A stretch of 64,000 bases of DNA from Sphingobium sp. (GCA_035911355.1 JAMHVU010000071.1:51835-115834); one strand, 5' to 3'. Shown: positions 32,141 through 41,634, numbered from the stretch's first letter. Notes: generated by a model from the sequence alone, not told the origin. A program made the numbers and translations.

Positions 32141-32414
32141 TTTGCCGTGCGATCCGCGCGCCGATGGCCGCGATGCCGATCATGACGGGTATCCAATGCG
32201 CGAAATCGCGCGGTATCAACCCTTTGGCCTCGTCCGGCAAAGCGCGCCAGAGGTCGAGGGCGGCGTTGGGAGTTGCGGTCATCCAGGCGGCAAGAGCCAG
32301 CCCGATCGTCTGGAGTCGGATGCTCCAAAACCGCCAGGCTCGCTGCCAGTCATCGATTAACCGCGCGCATATCTTGTCACGCAGCGTGCGCAGAGGCTCA
32401 CGGAAAATCATCAT
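32118..32414 (-). CDS. Putative holin
   Basis: 98 aa, two hydrophobic segments, LIDDWQRAWRFWSIR...ARIARQ pattern typical of phage genes before lysozymes; GGAG RBS; overlaps endolysin start. Confidence 0.7.
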   Translation of the reverse strand: MMIFREPLRTLRDKICARLIDDWQRAWRFWSIRLQTIGLALAAWMTATPNAALDLWRALPDEAKGLIPRDFAHWIPVMIGIAAIGARIARQNGIRTHD

Positions 32415-32638
32415 GACGCGTGCTCCATCGTTCAGGAGGGGCGAGAAGGGGGCGGAAATAGTCGGGTGTTCCTCGCCAGAACCATGCGTGTCGTCGCTCG
32501 CAGGAAGTGCGACCCACTTGGATCGGATGCAGGGCCGTCGGAGAGAGAGCAGCTACTCTATCTATGGCAGCGTTGATGTGCCGCGAGGCAAGGCATGGGC
32601 GGCCTGATGTGCTGGTGTCGGCGTCCGGGCGGTGTTGC

Positions 32639-33016
32639 TCACGCGCTTTCGGCGTCGCCCAGCTTAAGCAGGTCCGCCTGCGCGATGATCCTATCGAAAT
32701 GCCCCATAGCGTGTTGGTCGATGTCGATGATCAGCGCCTCGACAAGCGCTGCCACTTGTGCGGGAGTGAATGCCCCGATCAACGCGTCGGGAAGAACCCC
32801 GCCCTTCGCCGCATCGATCATGGTGGCGAAGGTTGTCGTAACGCCCGTCCGCAGCCCCCAGTGCGTGGCAGGCGCGCCGCCCGTGGGTGAAAGCGGCACG
32901 GTGTAGGCGGGCCAAGCCGGTCCGTCGCTCCAGCCCATCGCCACCGCCAGTGCGTTGGCCGCGTCAAGTAAAGAAGCGGGTGCGATCAGCACTGCGCTAT
33001 GTGTCCATTCTGTCAT
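32639..33016 (-). CDS. Phage-like hypothetical protein after the fibre gene
   Basis: Starts 1 nt after fibre stop; YTVPLSPTGGAPATHWG motif. Confidence 0.65.
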   Translation of the reverse strand: MTEWTHSAVLIAPASLLDAANALAVAMGWSDGPAWPAYTVPLSPTGGAPATHWGLRTGVTTTFATMIDAAKGGVLPDALIGAFTPAQVAALVEALIIDIDQHAMGHFDRIIAQADLLKLGDAESA

Positions 33017-33017
33017 G

Positions 33018-33863
33018 TCAGTAGGCCCCCAGACCGGCGTTGACGGCGGCCTCTACAGCGCTCAGGCCGCCGGGGATCACGTCCAGCGCCCGCGGGTCCA
33101 TGATGATGAGGCTTGAGAGATAGCCCAGATACGGGAACGAGGTGCCCGCCTTGCGTCCGACAAAAAGCGGATAGTCGCCAAAATTGCCGGCGCCGGCTGT
33201 AAGCGTGATCGTTCCGGCATCGACGCCATTGACCCGCAAGGCGCCAGACCGTCCACCAATATCGTATGAAGCGGTGAGGACGGCGCTGTGCGGTGCGGCA
33301 TAGGCCGCATCGGTGGCCGTGATGGCGCGCGCCGTGCCGTCCCCGCGATATCGGCTGAAATAATAGCCCGTAGCGCCACTTGTCGGCGAGAGGACGATAA
33401 AGGCACCGGAATTGGACGATGAATCCGCGGACAGCTCAACCAGCGTGCGTATGGTGGGCGGATCGCCAAGCTTGCGCTGCCCGGCAATCACGACCAGCCT
33501 GTCCGTCCCGGTGAGGTTGAAGCTGTCCAGTGTCAGCCAGTCGTCTGCCCCATCGAAAAGGAGCGCGGGCTTGCCATTGGGTAAGGCCGTGTATTGCGGG
33601 CGTGAGGGCATCGCGCCTTGCAATAGGTGGCGTCCTCGTCCGGTGAGGTCATCAGCACGGGCAACCCACTGTCCGTCACTGGTGACAGCTGTCGTCCCCG
33701 CAGTGTCCTGCCACGCGGCATTTTTGTCGGCAAAGTCCCAGACGGCGCCGACATAGGCGGTCGGGGCAAGTGCATTAGCAATGGCGCGCAGGGGCGATGT
33801 ACCGCCGCCAGCGTTGCCGGTGCCGGCACGGCGGCGTCTGATCGCGCCAAAGCCGTAGCTCAT
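33018..33863 (-). CDS. Putative head-spike fibre with LamG/lectin-like domain
   Basis: ATGA-coupled to spike-base gene; MSYGFG N-terminus, Gly linker, WQDTAGTT...DLTGRGRH...LFDGADDWL beta-rich domain. Confidence 0.68.
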   Translation of the reverse strand: MSYGFGAIRRRRAGTGNAGGGTSPLRAIANALAPTAYVGAVWDFADKNAAWQDTAGTTAVTSDGQWVARADDLTGRGRHLLQGAMPSRPQYTALPNGKPALLFDGADDWLTLDSFNLTGTDRLVVIAGQRKLGDPPTIRTLVELSADSSSNSGAFIVLSPTSGATGYYFSRYRGDGTARAITATDAAYAAPHSAVLTASYDIGGRSGALRVNGVDAGTITLTAGAGNFGDYPLFVGRKAGTSFPYLGYLSSLIIMDPRALDVIPGGLSAVEAAVNAGLGAY

Positions 33864-34126
33864 GCGAGACCGACCAGATTGGAGGCCGTGGTGCCGGCGA
33901 CACGAATATATTGCGCGCGCACATCGAGGATCGCACCGGATGGGACGGACTTGAACGTCACGTCCACAGCGCTGTCTACGCCGCGCAGCACGATATCCCC
34001 GCCGGTGCCGACATAGATCGCCTTCGGCAGCGGGTCGATTTCTGCGGTTGCATGCGCGGCAATAGAGAAAGCGCGGCGCGCGGGGAGGGAAAGTGTGTCT
34101 GCTTGGGTTTCGAACCGATCTGCCAT
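33860..34126 (-). CDS. GTA head-spike base protein (Rcc01079/GhsA-like)
   Basis: 88 aa; 'LSLPARRAFSI...PKAIYVGTGGDI...VTF..VPSGAILDVR...IRVAGTTASNLVGL' recognised as this family. Confidence 0.85.
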   Translation of the reverse strand: MADRFETQADTLSLPARRAFSIAAHATAEIDPLPKAIYVGTGGDIVLRGVDSAVDVTFKSVPSGAILDVRAQYIRVAGTTASNLVGLA

Positions 34127-34224
34127 GCTGGTGCTCCGTCAACAACCGGCGATCTTGATCGCCAGAAGCAGCGTTAAGGCTTAATCGGTTCAAATAGGAA
34201 AGAAAAAATTACCAATAAGGTTAG

Positions 34225-34875
34225 TTATGCCCGGCTTCGCTTTTCCGGGAAGAGGCAGATGTCGGCGATGATGCAACGCGGGCATTCCGGCGCGCGAGCC
34301 TTGCAGGTATAGCGACCGTGCAGGATCAGCCAGTGATGGGCATCGACGCGAAAAGGCTGGGGCACGCGCTTCTCCAGCCCCTTTTCCACGGTCAGAACAG
34401 TTTTGCCCGGTGCAAGTCCGGTCCGGTTGGAGACGCGGAAAATATGTGTGTCGACCGCAAAGGTTTCCGCGCCGAACGCGGTGTTCATGACGACATTGGC
34501 GGTCTTGCGCCCGACGCCGGGCAAAGCGGTCAGCGCATCGCGATCCGCTGGCACGACGCCGCCATGCTGGTCGACGAGCATGGCGGACAGGGCGATGACA
34601 TTCTTGGCCTTGGTGTTGAAAAGGCCGATCGTGCGGATGAAGTGGCGCAGCTTTTCTTCCCCAAGCGCGACCATCTCCTCAGGGGTTTGAACGTGCGCGA
34701 AGAGCGCGCGCGTCGCCTTGTTGACGCCTGCATCCGTTGCCTGCGCGGAAAGGACCACCGCAACCAGCAGTTGATAGGTGTTGCCATATTCCAGCTCTGT
34801 TCTCGGTGCGGGGTTGGCTTCCGCGAGACGCGAGAAAAGTTCGAAGATGGCGGCGCGGCTGAGCAGGCGGGCCAT
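34225..34875 (-). CDS. nth: Endonuclease III
   Basis: LSAQATD, LPGVGRKTANVV, AVDTH, C-X6-C-X2-C-X5-C Fe-S motif. Confidence 0.97.
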   Translation of the reverse strand: MARLLSRAAIFELFSRLAEANPAPRTELEYGNTYQLLVAVVLSAQATDAGVNKATRALFAHVQTPEEMVALGEEKLRHFIRTIGLFNTKAKNVIALSAMLVDQHGGVVPADRDALTALPGVGRKTANVVMNTAFGAETFAVDTHIFRVSNRTGLAPGKTVLTVEKGLEKRVPQPFRVDAHHWLILHGRYTCKARAPECPRCIIADICLFPEKRSRA

Positions 34876-34883
34876 GATGTGTG

Positions 34884-35636
34884 CTATACGCCGAGCACAT
34901 CGCTCATCATATAGCGCCCCGGCGCGCGCCCGACGAGCCAGATGGCCGCGCGCACGGCGCCCCGCGCGAAAATCCGGCGATTTTCTGCCCGGTGGCCAAG
35001 CTCGATCCGTTCATCGTCGGCCGCCAGCATCACCATATGATCGCCCGCGACCGATCCGCCGCGCAGGCTGGCATAGCCAATCGTGCCGAGCTCACGCGCA
35101 TGCGGGCCAAAGCCGATGCGGTTGAACCGATTAAGATGCTCCGGCGTCGCGTCGCGGCCGTCCGCTGCGGCCTTGCCGAGCAGCAGCGCAGTCCCCGAGG
35201 GCGCGTCGATCTTGCCGCGATGATGGGTTTCGACGATTTCGATGTCCCAGTCCGGGCCAAGGCGCGCGGTCGCCTCCCGTACCAGATGTGCCAGCATGGC
35301 GATGCCAAGGGAGGTATTATAGGCCTGCACAATGGCAATTCTGCTTGCCGCGAGGTCTATCGCGGCGTGATCCTCCGGGGTCAGGCCCGTCGTGCCGATC
35401 ATCAGTGGTGTGCCGGCTTGCGTTGCGAGGGCGAGATGGTCGGCAAGGCCGGCGGGCAAGGTGAAATCGATCAGCACGTCGGCGGCTTTGGCCAGCGCGG
35501 CCGGGCTGGTGTGGCCGCCATGGACATTACCATCCCGATCGATGCCGCCGGTAATTGTCGCGCCAAACAGCTCCGCTTCCGCTCGGATGGCCCCTGCCAT
35601 GCGTCCGGTCACGCCAAAGATTCCGATAGCCGTCAT
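34884..35636 (-). CDS. dapB: 4-hydroxy-tetrahydrodipicolinate reductase
   Basis: [36 protein letters not shown]. Confidence 0.96.
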   Translation of the reverse strand: MTAIGIFGVTGRMAGAIRAEAELFGATITGGIDRDGNVHGGHTSPAALAKAADVLIDFTLPAGLADHLALATQAGTPLMIGTTGLTPEDHAAIDLAASRIAIVQAYNTSLGIAMLAHLVREATARLGPDWDIEIVETHHRGKIDAPSGTALLLGKAAADGRDATPEHLNRFNRIGFGPHARELGTIGYASLRGGSVAGDHMVMLAADDERIELGHRAENRRIFARGAVRAAIWLVGRAPGRYMMSDVLGV

Positions 35637-35831
35637 GTCACATATGCCCTTTGCCCGTCGTGCCTTTCCGCCGATGCCAGACTCGCTTCTGCTTGTCACC
35701 CGCGATGCGTGGCGCGCGGCTCGTGCCGCGAAAGGGGCGATCGGCTCTGGAACTTCGCCGCATATGGATGCATGGGGCATGTCAATCGATGGATGGTGCG
35801 CCGCACCTCCGGCGCTTTCGGGAGAATAGGC

Positions 35832-37013
35832 ATGACGGACATATTCCTGGTTTCTGCGGCACGGTCGCCGATTGGCAGCTTTGGCGGGTCACTGCGTGAC
35901 CAGAAGCTTGGGGATCTGGGTGCCCATGTCGCAAAGGCCGCTATTGAACGGGCGGGAATCGGTGCCGAACTGATTAGCAATGTCGTGTTGGGCAATGTCA
36001 TCCCCACCGAGCCCGGTGACGCTTATGTATCGCGCCTTGCGGCCATGGGCGCGGGCGTTCCGCAGGAAGTGCCGGCGCTCACGGTGAACAGATTGTGCGG
36101 ATCGGGCATGCAAGCGCTGGTCGAGATTGCCCAGTCAATCATGCTGGGTGACTGCGAGATCGGCCTTGGCGGTGGCGTGGAGGTGATGAGCCGGGCACCC
36201 TATCTGTCGGAGGGTGTGCGCTGGGGGCAGAAGATGGGGAGCATCGCGCTGGTCGATGGCCTGATCGGTACGCTCACCGACCCGTTTAACAACTATCATA
36301 TGGGGGTCACCGCCGAAAACGTGGCTGAGCGCTACGAGATTTCTCGGGAGGATCAGGATGCCGCGGCGCTGACGAGCCAGCTGCGTGCCGCAAATGCCAT
36401 CGCACAGGGCTATTTCCGCGATCAGATCGTTCCGGTTGAGGTCAGGAAGGGTCGGGCAACCGCGTTGTTCGATACGGATGAGTATGTCCGCACCGATGCC
36501 AAGCTGGAGGATTTTGCGGGTTTGAAGCCGGTCTTCAAGAAGGAGAATGGCACGGTTACGGCGGGTAATGCCTCGGGTATTAATGATGGCGCGGCAGCGG
36601 CGGTGCTTGCCAGTGCGGCAGCGGTAAAGGCGCACGGGCTGAAGCCGCTGGCCCGGCTCGTTTCCTATGGCCATGCCGGTGTCGATCCTGCCTATATGGG
36701 CATCGGGCCGGTGCCCGCTTCGCGCATCGCGCTTGCTCGTGCCAGGATTGGCGTCGCGGATCTGGATGTCGTCGAATCCAACGAGGCGTTCGCCGCGCAG
36801 GCCTGCGCTGTCTCGAAGGAGCTGGGCCTCGACCCCACGAAGGTCAATCCGAATGGCAGTGGCATTTCGCTCGGCCATCCGGTCGGTGCCACCGGCGCGA
36901 TCATCGTCACCAAGCTGGTTTACGAACTGCAGCGCACAGGCGGCCGCTATGGTCTTGCGACCATGTGCATCGGTGGCGGGCAAGGCATCGCGACCGTCTG
37001 GGAACGCGCCTGA
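35832..37013 (+). CDS. Acetyl-CoA C-acyltransferase (thiolase, BktB-like)
   Basis: [27 protein letters not shown]; ATG 35832 after GGAGA. Confidence 0.95.
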   Translation: MTDIFLVSAARSPIGSFGGSLRDQKLGDLGAHVAKAAIERAGIGAELISNVVLGNVIPTEPGDAYVSRLAAMGAGVPQEVPALTVNRLCGSGMQALVEIAQSIMLGDCEIGLGGGVEVMSRAPYLSEGVRWGQKMGSIALVDGLIGTLTDPFNNYHMGVTAENVAERYEISREDQDAAALTSQLRAANAIAQGYFRDQIVPVEVRKGRATALFDTDEYVRTDAKLEDFAGLKPVFKKENGTVTAGNASGINDGAAAAVLASAAAVKAHGLKPLARLVSYGHAGVDPAYMGIGPVPASRIALARARIGVADLDVVESNEAFAAQACAVSKELGLDPTKVNPNGSGISLGHPVGATGAIIVTKLVYELQRTGGRYGLATMCIGGGQGIATVWERA

Positions 37014-37020
37014 CGCAAAG

Positions 37021-37068
37021 GAAAAAGCCGGCTGCCTTTTGATCGGGGGTGGCCGGCTTTTGCTTTTT
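37021..37068. terminator. Bidirectional intrinsic terminator
   Basis: AAAAGCCGGCTGCC/GGTGGCCGGCTTTT stem, T/A tracts on both sides, between convergent genes. Confidence 0.8.
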
Positions 37069-37075
37069 CCCGCGA

Positions 37076-38233
37076 TCAATCCAGCCGGTTCGCGCCGGCC
37101 GGTGTGAACCGCTCGATCGTCTCAAACAGCCGGATCAATGCCTCACGTTCATCCGTGCCGATCTCTGGCCGCCAGATGGAGAAGAGCAGTACGATCCTGT
37201 CCTGCGCGGACCGGTTCCAGGCTTCATGCTCGATACTGTCGTCAAAGATGAGCAAGCGCCCCACTTCCCACTCGCGCGTGAAGGCGCCGACCCGGAGCGC
37301 TCCATTGCCCGGTACGATGAGCGGAAGATGGCAGATGAGCCGGGTGTTGAGCAGGCCGTGGTGCGGCAGGATATGGGCGCCCGGCTGGAGCCGGGACCAT
37401 AGCGCCACCGGGGACTGCCCGGCGACATGGGGCATGGGCGGGAGAGCGAGCGCGGCCATCGTCGCCGGGCAATGCGGCGCTACATCCGCATTGGGCGCGC
37501 CGCTCCGCCAGAGATAGCAGGCGCCCCATTCATCCTTGCCGAGCAGCGGGTTATTGGGCGCGGGGCGATCCTTATGATGCTCGACATAGGGACGGAAAAT
37601 CTGCCGCTCCGCCATCATGACGTCCAGTTCTCCACGCAGCCGCTCCGTCTCCGCCTCGAAGGCGGGCACCCAGTCGAACTCTGTGCGCTCATAGAAGGCG
37701 CGCTGCGGCAAGCCGGGAAAGTAGAACATATTGGGCTGCTGGAGATAGATTTCCGCCTTGCCGGTCAGCAGGTCGATGGCGTGGCGGATGCGTGGTGAGC
37801 CTTGCTCGGAGAGCATCCCCGCATCGGCCAGAGCATCCAGCAAATGTCGCTCGAAGCGCTGGCCCGACTCGCCGAGCCATTGCTGCGCGCGCTGGAGAAG
37901 GGGCGTCAGCGCGGGCGGCTGTGGCGTAACGGCAGCCTGCGCGAGCGCAGCCGAGAAGAAACTGTTCGCCGCCCGATCGTCGCTCCGCCGGATCTTGAGG
38001 TCGCCCATGGCAAGCAATGCCGGCACATGGCGTGCATCAAGGCCAAGCTGGCCATGGAGCGCGGCTTCCTCACCGTCCAGATCGCCCATCCGACTGCAGA
38101 TCTGCGCGAGCATCAACCACGGGCGCTGCGCCATCGCTTCAAAGGCCGCGCGCGCGGCTGCCATGTCGCCCCGGCGGAAGGCGGCAACGCCCTCTGCCTG
38201 AAGGCTGGCGTCGGGGGTTGGCGCGCTGCTCAT
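37076..38233 (-). CDS. TPR plus aspartyl/asparaginyl beta-hydroxylase-domain protein
   Basis: HILPHHG..N.RLICHLPL, FDDSIEHEAWN; helical N-half; ATGA-coupled to uvrD. Confidence 0.88.
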   Translation of the reverse strand: MSSAPTPDASLQAEGVAAFRRGDMAAARAAFEAMAQRPWLMLAQICSRMGDLDGEEAALHGQLGLDARHVPALLAMGDLKIRRSDDRAANSFFSAALAQAAVTPQPPALTPLLQRAQQWLGESGQRFERHLLDALADAGMLSEQGSPRIRHAIDLLTGKAEIYLQQPNMFYFPGLPQRAFYERTEFDWVPAFEAETERLRGELDVMMAERQIFRPYVEHHKDRPAPNNPLLGKDEWGACYLWRSGAPNADVAPHCPATMAALALPPMPHVAGQSPVALWSRLQPGAHILPHHGLLNTRLICHLPLIVPGNGALRVGAFTREWEVGRLLIFDDSIEHEAWNRSAQDRIVLLFSIWRPEIGTDEREALIRLFETIERFTPAGANRLD

Positions 38234-40506
38234 GCCAGGTTGACGAAGCTGTCCAGCACGCGCTTGCGTCCGCTCGTTTCGAAATCGATCTCCAGCTTGT
38301 TTCCTTCGATTTCGGCCACGGCGCCATAACCGAATTTCTGGTGGAACACGCGTTGGCCGATGCTCATGTCGCTCCGCCCCTTGTTGCCAAGGCTCACTGC
38401 CGGCTGTCGCGGCTCGACCAGTCGCGCGGGATCGCGCGAAAAGCCGCCCGATGCCGCCGCCCGCTGCCAGCCGGGGCCGCGCCCGGAACCGCGCGCGACA
38501 TTGGCAAAGGGGTCGTCCCGTTCGCTCCAGTTGGCGCGCCACAGCGATGCGCCGCCGCTCATCGTGCTTTCTTCCTCGACATGTTCGGGCGGAAGCTCGC
38601 CGATGAAGCGGGAGGGAATGGAACTGGTCCACTGGCCGTATATGCGGCGGTTGGCGGCGTGGATGATGGTGCAGCGCTGCCGTGCCCGTGTGATGGCCAC
38701 ATAGGCAAGGCGGCGCTCCTCCTCCAGACTGGCGAGCCCGCCCTCATCAAGTGCGCGTTGGGAGGGGAAGACGCCATCCTCCCAGCCGGGGAGGAATACG
38801 GTGCCGAACTCCAATCCCTTGGCTGCATGGATGGTCATGATGGTAATCTTCGCCTCACCCTGCGCGGACTCATTGTCCATGACGAGCGAGACATGCTCAA
38901 GGAACGCGCCCAGCGTCTCATACTCCTCCATGGCGCGGGTAAGTTCCTGAAGATTCTCCAGTCGTCCTGCTGCCTCGGTCGTGCGCTCGGCCTGGAGCGT
39001 GGTGGTGTAACCACTCTCATCGAGGATGAGCCGTGCCAGCTCGGCATGGTTCATCGTCTGCGCCAGATCGCGCCATCGGGCGAGATCGCCGATGAACCGG
39101 CCGAGCGATTTGCGCGCCTGCCCGGTCAGCTCGTCGGTGTCCACGATGCGCGCGGCCGCATGGGAAAGCGGGCTTGCCTCCGCGCGGGCGAGCCGATGGA
39201 TCTTCTCGACCGCTTTGTCTCCAAGGCCGCGCTTGGGGACGTTGACGATCCGCTCAAAGGCGAGATCGTCTGCCGGCTGATGGACCAGGCGTAAATAGGC
39301 GAGCGCATCGCGAATCTCCGCCCGTTCGTAGAAGCGGAAGCCGCCGACGATGCGATAGGGCAGGCCGATCTGGATGAAGCGGTCCTCGAACTCGCGGGTC
39401 TGGTGCTGCGCACGCACGAGTATGGCGATATCGTCGAGCGAGGTGCCGCCGCGCTCGGCTGCCTCTATCTCCTCGCCGATGCGCCGCGCCTCCTCCGGCC
39501 CGTCCCACACACCGATGACGCGCAGCTTCTCGCCCTGGTCGACATCTGTCCAAAGGGTCTTGCCCAGCCGCCCGCCATTCTGCGCGATGACGCCGGAGGC
39601 CGCGCCGAGAATATGCGGGGTAGAGCGATAATTCTGCTCCAGCCGGATGATCGCCGCGTCGGGAAAGTCCCGCTCGAAGCGCAGGATGTTCGCGACCTCC
39701 GCACCGCGCCAGCTATAAATGGACTGGTCGTCGTCCCCCACGCAGCAGATATTCTTGCGCGTCTGGGCGAGCAGTCGCAGCCAGAGATACTGGGCGGAGT
39801 TGGTGTCCTGATACTCGTCCACCATGATGTAGCGAAAGCGCTCCTGATATTGCGCCAATATGTCCCGTTCGGTGCGGAAGAGAGTCAGCGTGTGGAGCAG
39901 CAGATCGCCAAAGTCGCAGGCGTTGAGCTGGATCAGCCGGGCCTGATAGGCGGCGTAAAGCTCCTTGCCGCGTCCGCCGGCGAACTCCTCGCTCTCGCCC
40001 GCGTCCACATCCGCCGGGTTCAGCCCCTTGTTCTTCCAGCGATCGACCAGCCCTGCAAAGGTTCGCGCGGTCCAGCGCTTCTCGTCCAGCCCGGCCGCCT
40101 GAATGAGCTGCTTCATCAGGCGGAGCTGGTCGTCCGTATCGAGAATGGTGAAGTTGCTGAGCAGGCCGACCCGCTCGGCATGGCGTCGCAGGATCTTGGC
40201 GGCGATAGCGTGGAAGGTGCCAAGCCAGGGCATTCCCTCCACCGCAGGGCCGATCATCCGGCCCACCCGCTCGCGCATCTCGCGCGCGGCCTTGTTGGTG
40301 AAGGTAACGGCGAGCAGCTCGGAGGGCCAGGCGCGACGGGTGGCGACCAGATGGGCAAGACGAGCCGTGAGCGCCGCCGTTTTGCCCGTGCCGGCGCCGG
40401 CCAGCACCAGCACAGGCCCTTCGGTGGTCAGCACCGCTTCCCGCTGGGGCGCATTCAGCCCCGAGAGATAGGGCGGGTCGTCAGGAGAGAAGCTTGGCTG
40501 AGACAT
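38230..40506 (-). CDS. uvrD: UvrD/PcrA DNA helicase
   Basis: AGAGTGKT, TFTNKAA, DEYQDTN, GDDDQSIY, QNYRST, HAAKGLEF, YVAITRA, C-terminal HQKFG. Confidence 0.95.
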   Translation of the reverse strand: MSQPSFSPDDPPYLSGLNAPQREAVLTTEGPVLVLAGAGTGKTAALTARLAHLVATRRAWPSELLAVTFTNKAAREMRERVGRMIGPAVEGMPWLGTFHAIAAKILRRHAERVGLLSNFTILDTDDQLRLMKQLIQAAGLDEKRWTARTFAGLVDRWKNKGLNPADVDAGESEEFAGGRGKELYAAYQARLIQLNACDFGDLLLHTLTLFRTERDILAQYQERFRYIMVDEYQDTNSAQYLWLRLLAQTRKNICCVGDDDQSIYSWRGAEVANILRFERDFPDAAIIRLEQNYRSTPHILGAASGVIAQNGGRLGKTLWTDVDQGEKLRVIGVWDGPEEARRIGEEIEAAERGGTSLDDIAILVRAQHQTREFEDRFIQIGLPYRIVGGFRFYERAEIRDALAYLRLVHQPADDLAFERIVNVPKRGLGDKAVEKIHRLARAEASPLSHAAARIVDTDELTGQARKSLGRFIGDLARWRDLAQTMNHAELARLILDESGYTTTLQAERTTEAAGRLENLQELTRAMEEYETLGAFLEHVSLVMDNESAQGEAKITIMTIHAAKGLEFGTVFLPGWEDGVFPSQRALDEGGLASLEEERRLAYVAITRARQRCTIIHAANRRIYGQWTSSIPSRFIGELPPEHVEEESTMSGGASLWRANWSERDDPFANVARGSGRGPGWQRAAASGGFSRDPARLVEPRQPAVSLGNKGRSDMSIGQRVFHQKFGYGAVAEIEGNKLEIDFETSGRKRVLDSFVNLA

Positions 40507-40603
40507 AGTGCCTGCGAGGTAGGCGGATGATGACGTATCGGCAAGGGTGGCCGGCGCTTTCCCGGCTGTGACGCATTTGCTTGCTACCATCTTGCCTATA
40601 TGA

Positions 40604-40618
40604 GAACAAAAAGAGAAT
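40604..40618 (+). promoter_or_regulatory. Alphaproteobacterial LexA (SOS) box
   Basis: GAAC-AAAAAGA-GAAT vs GAAC-N7-GAAC, between divergent uvrD and GFA genes. Confidence 0.65.
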
Positions 40619-40636
40619 CAACTTGTGGAGTGAGTT

Positions 40637-41041
40637 ATGGCCGAGACAGTGACTGGGGGATGCCATTGCGGTGCGATCCGTTATGCGGTGAAAGGAGAGC
40701 CGGGGCATAGTGCGCTGTGCCACTGCACGGATTGTCGTAAGGCGTCCGGTGCGTCGATGGTTGGCTGGGCGTTGTTTGAGCAGGCCGATGTCGCCATTGA
40801 GGGAGAGCCGGTGCGCTACGCGTCCTCAGCCCATGCAGAGCGCCATTTCTGCGGCACATGCGGATGTGGGCTCTTCTACTATAACGCGCAGATTTTTCCC
40901 GGGCAGGTGGACATTCAGATCGCGACGCTGGACGATCCGTCGCTGTTTCCGCCGCAGGCGCACATACAATATGCGGAGGCGGCGCCATGGATGAGCGCGG
41001 CGCATGATCTGCCCAGGTTCGATCGTTATCCCGAAGAGTAG
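40637..41041 (+). CDS. GFA/CENP-V family protein
   Basis: GGCHCG, CHCTDCRK, RHFCGTCG. Confidence 0.92.
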   Translation: MAETVTGGCHCGAIRYAVKGEPGHSALCHCTDCRKASGASMVGWALFEQADVAIEGEPVRYASSAHAERHFCGTCGCGLFYYNAQIFPGQVDIQIATLDDPSLFPPQAHIQYAEAAPWMSAAHDLPRFDRYPEE

Positions 41042-41215
41042 CCGTCGCAGGTCGCATTGGAGCCGGTCTTCCGCGCGGGAGCACGGCTCATGCCGTCCGT
41101 GCAACGATCCGTCGCCGTTTCACGCGACTGGTGGACCCTTGGGCGCACTCAAGCATTGAGGTCCGGTCGCGCCGTTGTGCGTCGGATTTCTGATGGTCGC
41201 CTGAGGAGTTTTGTC

Positions 41216-41563
41216 ATGCGTAAAATTCTCTTATCCACCGGTCTCGCTGTCGCGATGCTCGCTTCCGCCGCTTATGCGCAGGATACGCCTGCACCCACAG
41301 ACGTGCCCGATGCCGCGCAGCCGGCCGCGACAGCCGCCGGAGATGCCGCTGCTTCCGCCGCGACACAGGCGACGGACGCTGCGCAGCCACCGGCCGCCTA
41401 TAATGCGGCGCCCGCGCCGGAGATGGCGCCTGCCAATCCCGTCGTCGAAAATGCCCCGGCGCCGCCGGCTGAATATCCGGTCTGTGGCAAAGGGGTAACG
41501 GATGGATGCGTCAATCCGGCGGATGCCCCGCGCGGCAAGGCCAAGGCAAAGCCACGCGCCTGA
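41216..41563 (+). CDS. Small exported Ala/Pro-rich protein with C-terminal YPxC-x7-C motif
   Basis: GAGGAG RBS, signal peptide (AYA-Q), YPVCGKGVTDGC. Confidence 0.8.
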   Translation: MRKILLSTGLAVAMLASAAYAQDTPAPTDVPDAAQPAATAAGDAAASAATQATDAAQPPAAYNAAPAPEMAPANPVVENAPAPPAEYPVCGKGVTDGCVNPADAPRGKAKAKPRA

Positions 41564-41596
41564 TCTTCCGCGAAAGCGAAATTGGTAAGCACGAAT

Positions 41597-41634
41597 GGGC
41601 CGGTGACCTGCAAAGGACTACCGGCCCTTTTCTT
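41597..41634 (+). terminator. Intrinsic terminator
   Basis: GGGCCGGT/ACCGGCCC stem followed by TTTTCTT. Confidence 0.75.

Noticed and set aside
31101-34126. Intact prophage or tailocin
   Set aside because: No integrase, replication, terminase, capsid, tube, sheath or baseplate genes; flanks are ordinary chromosomal genes
33864-34193. N-terminal extension making the fibre 391 aa
   Set aside because: Overlaps the spike-base gene out of frame; ATGA coupling marks 33863 as the start
34209-34224. Full CtrA box upstream of the spike gene (TTAC-CAATAAGG-TTAG)
   Set aside because: Spacer is 8 nt rather than 7 and both half-sites mismatch
34881-37013. 710-aa thiolase fusion in the ORF track
   Set aside because: The N-terminal part is the antisense shadow of dapB; the real start is ATG 35832 with an RBS
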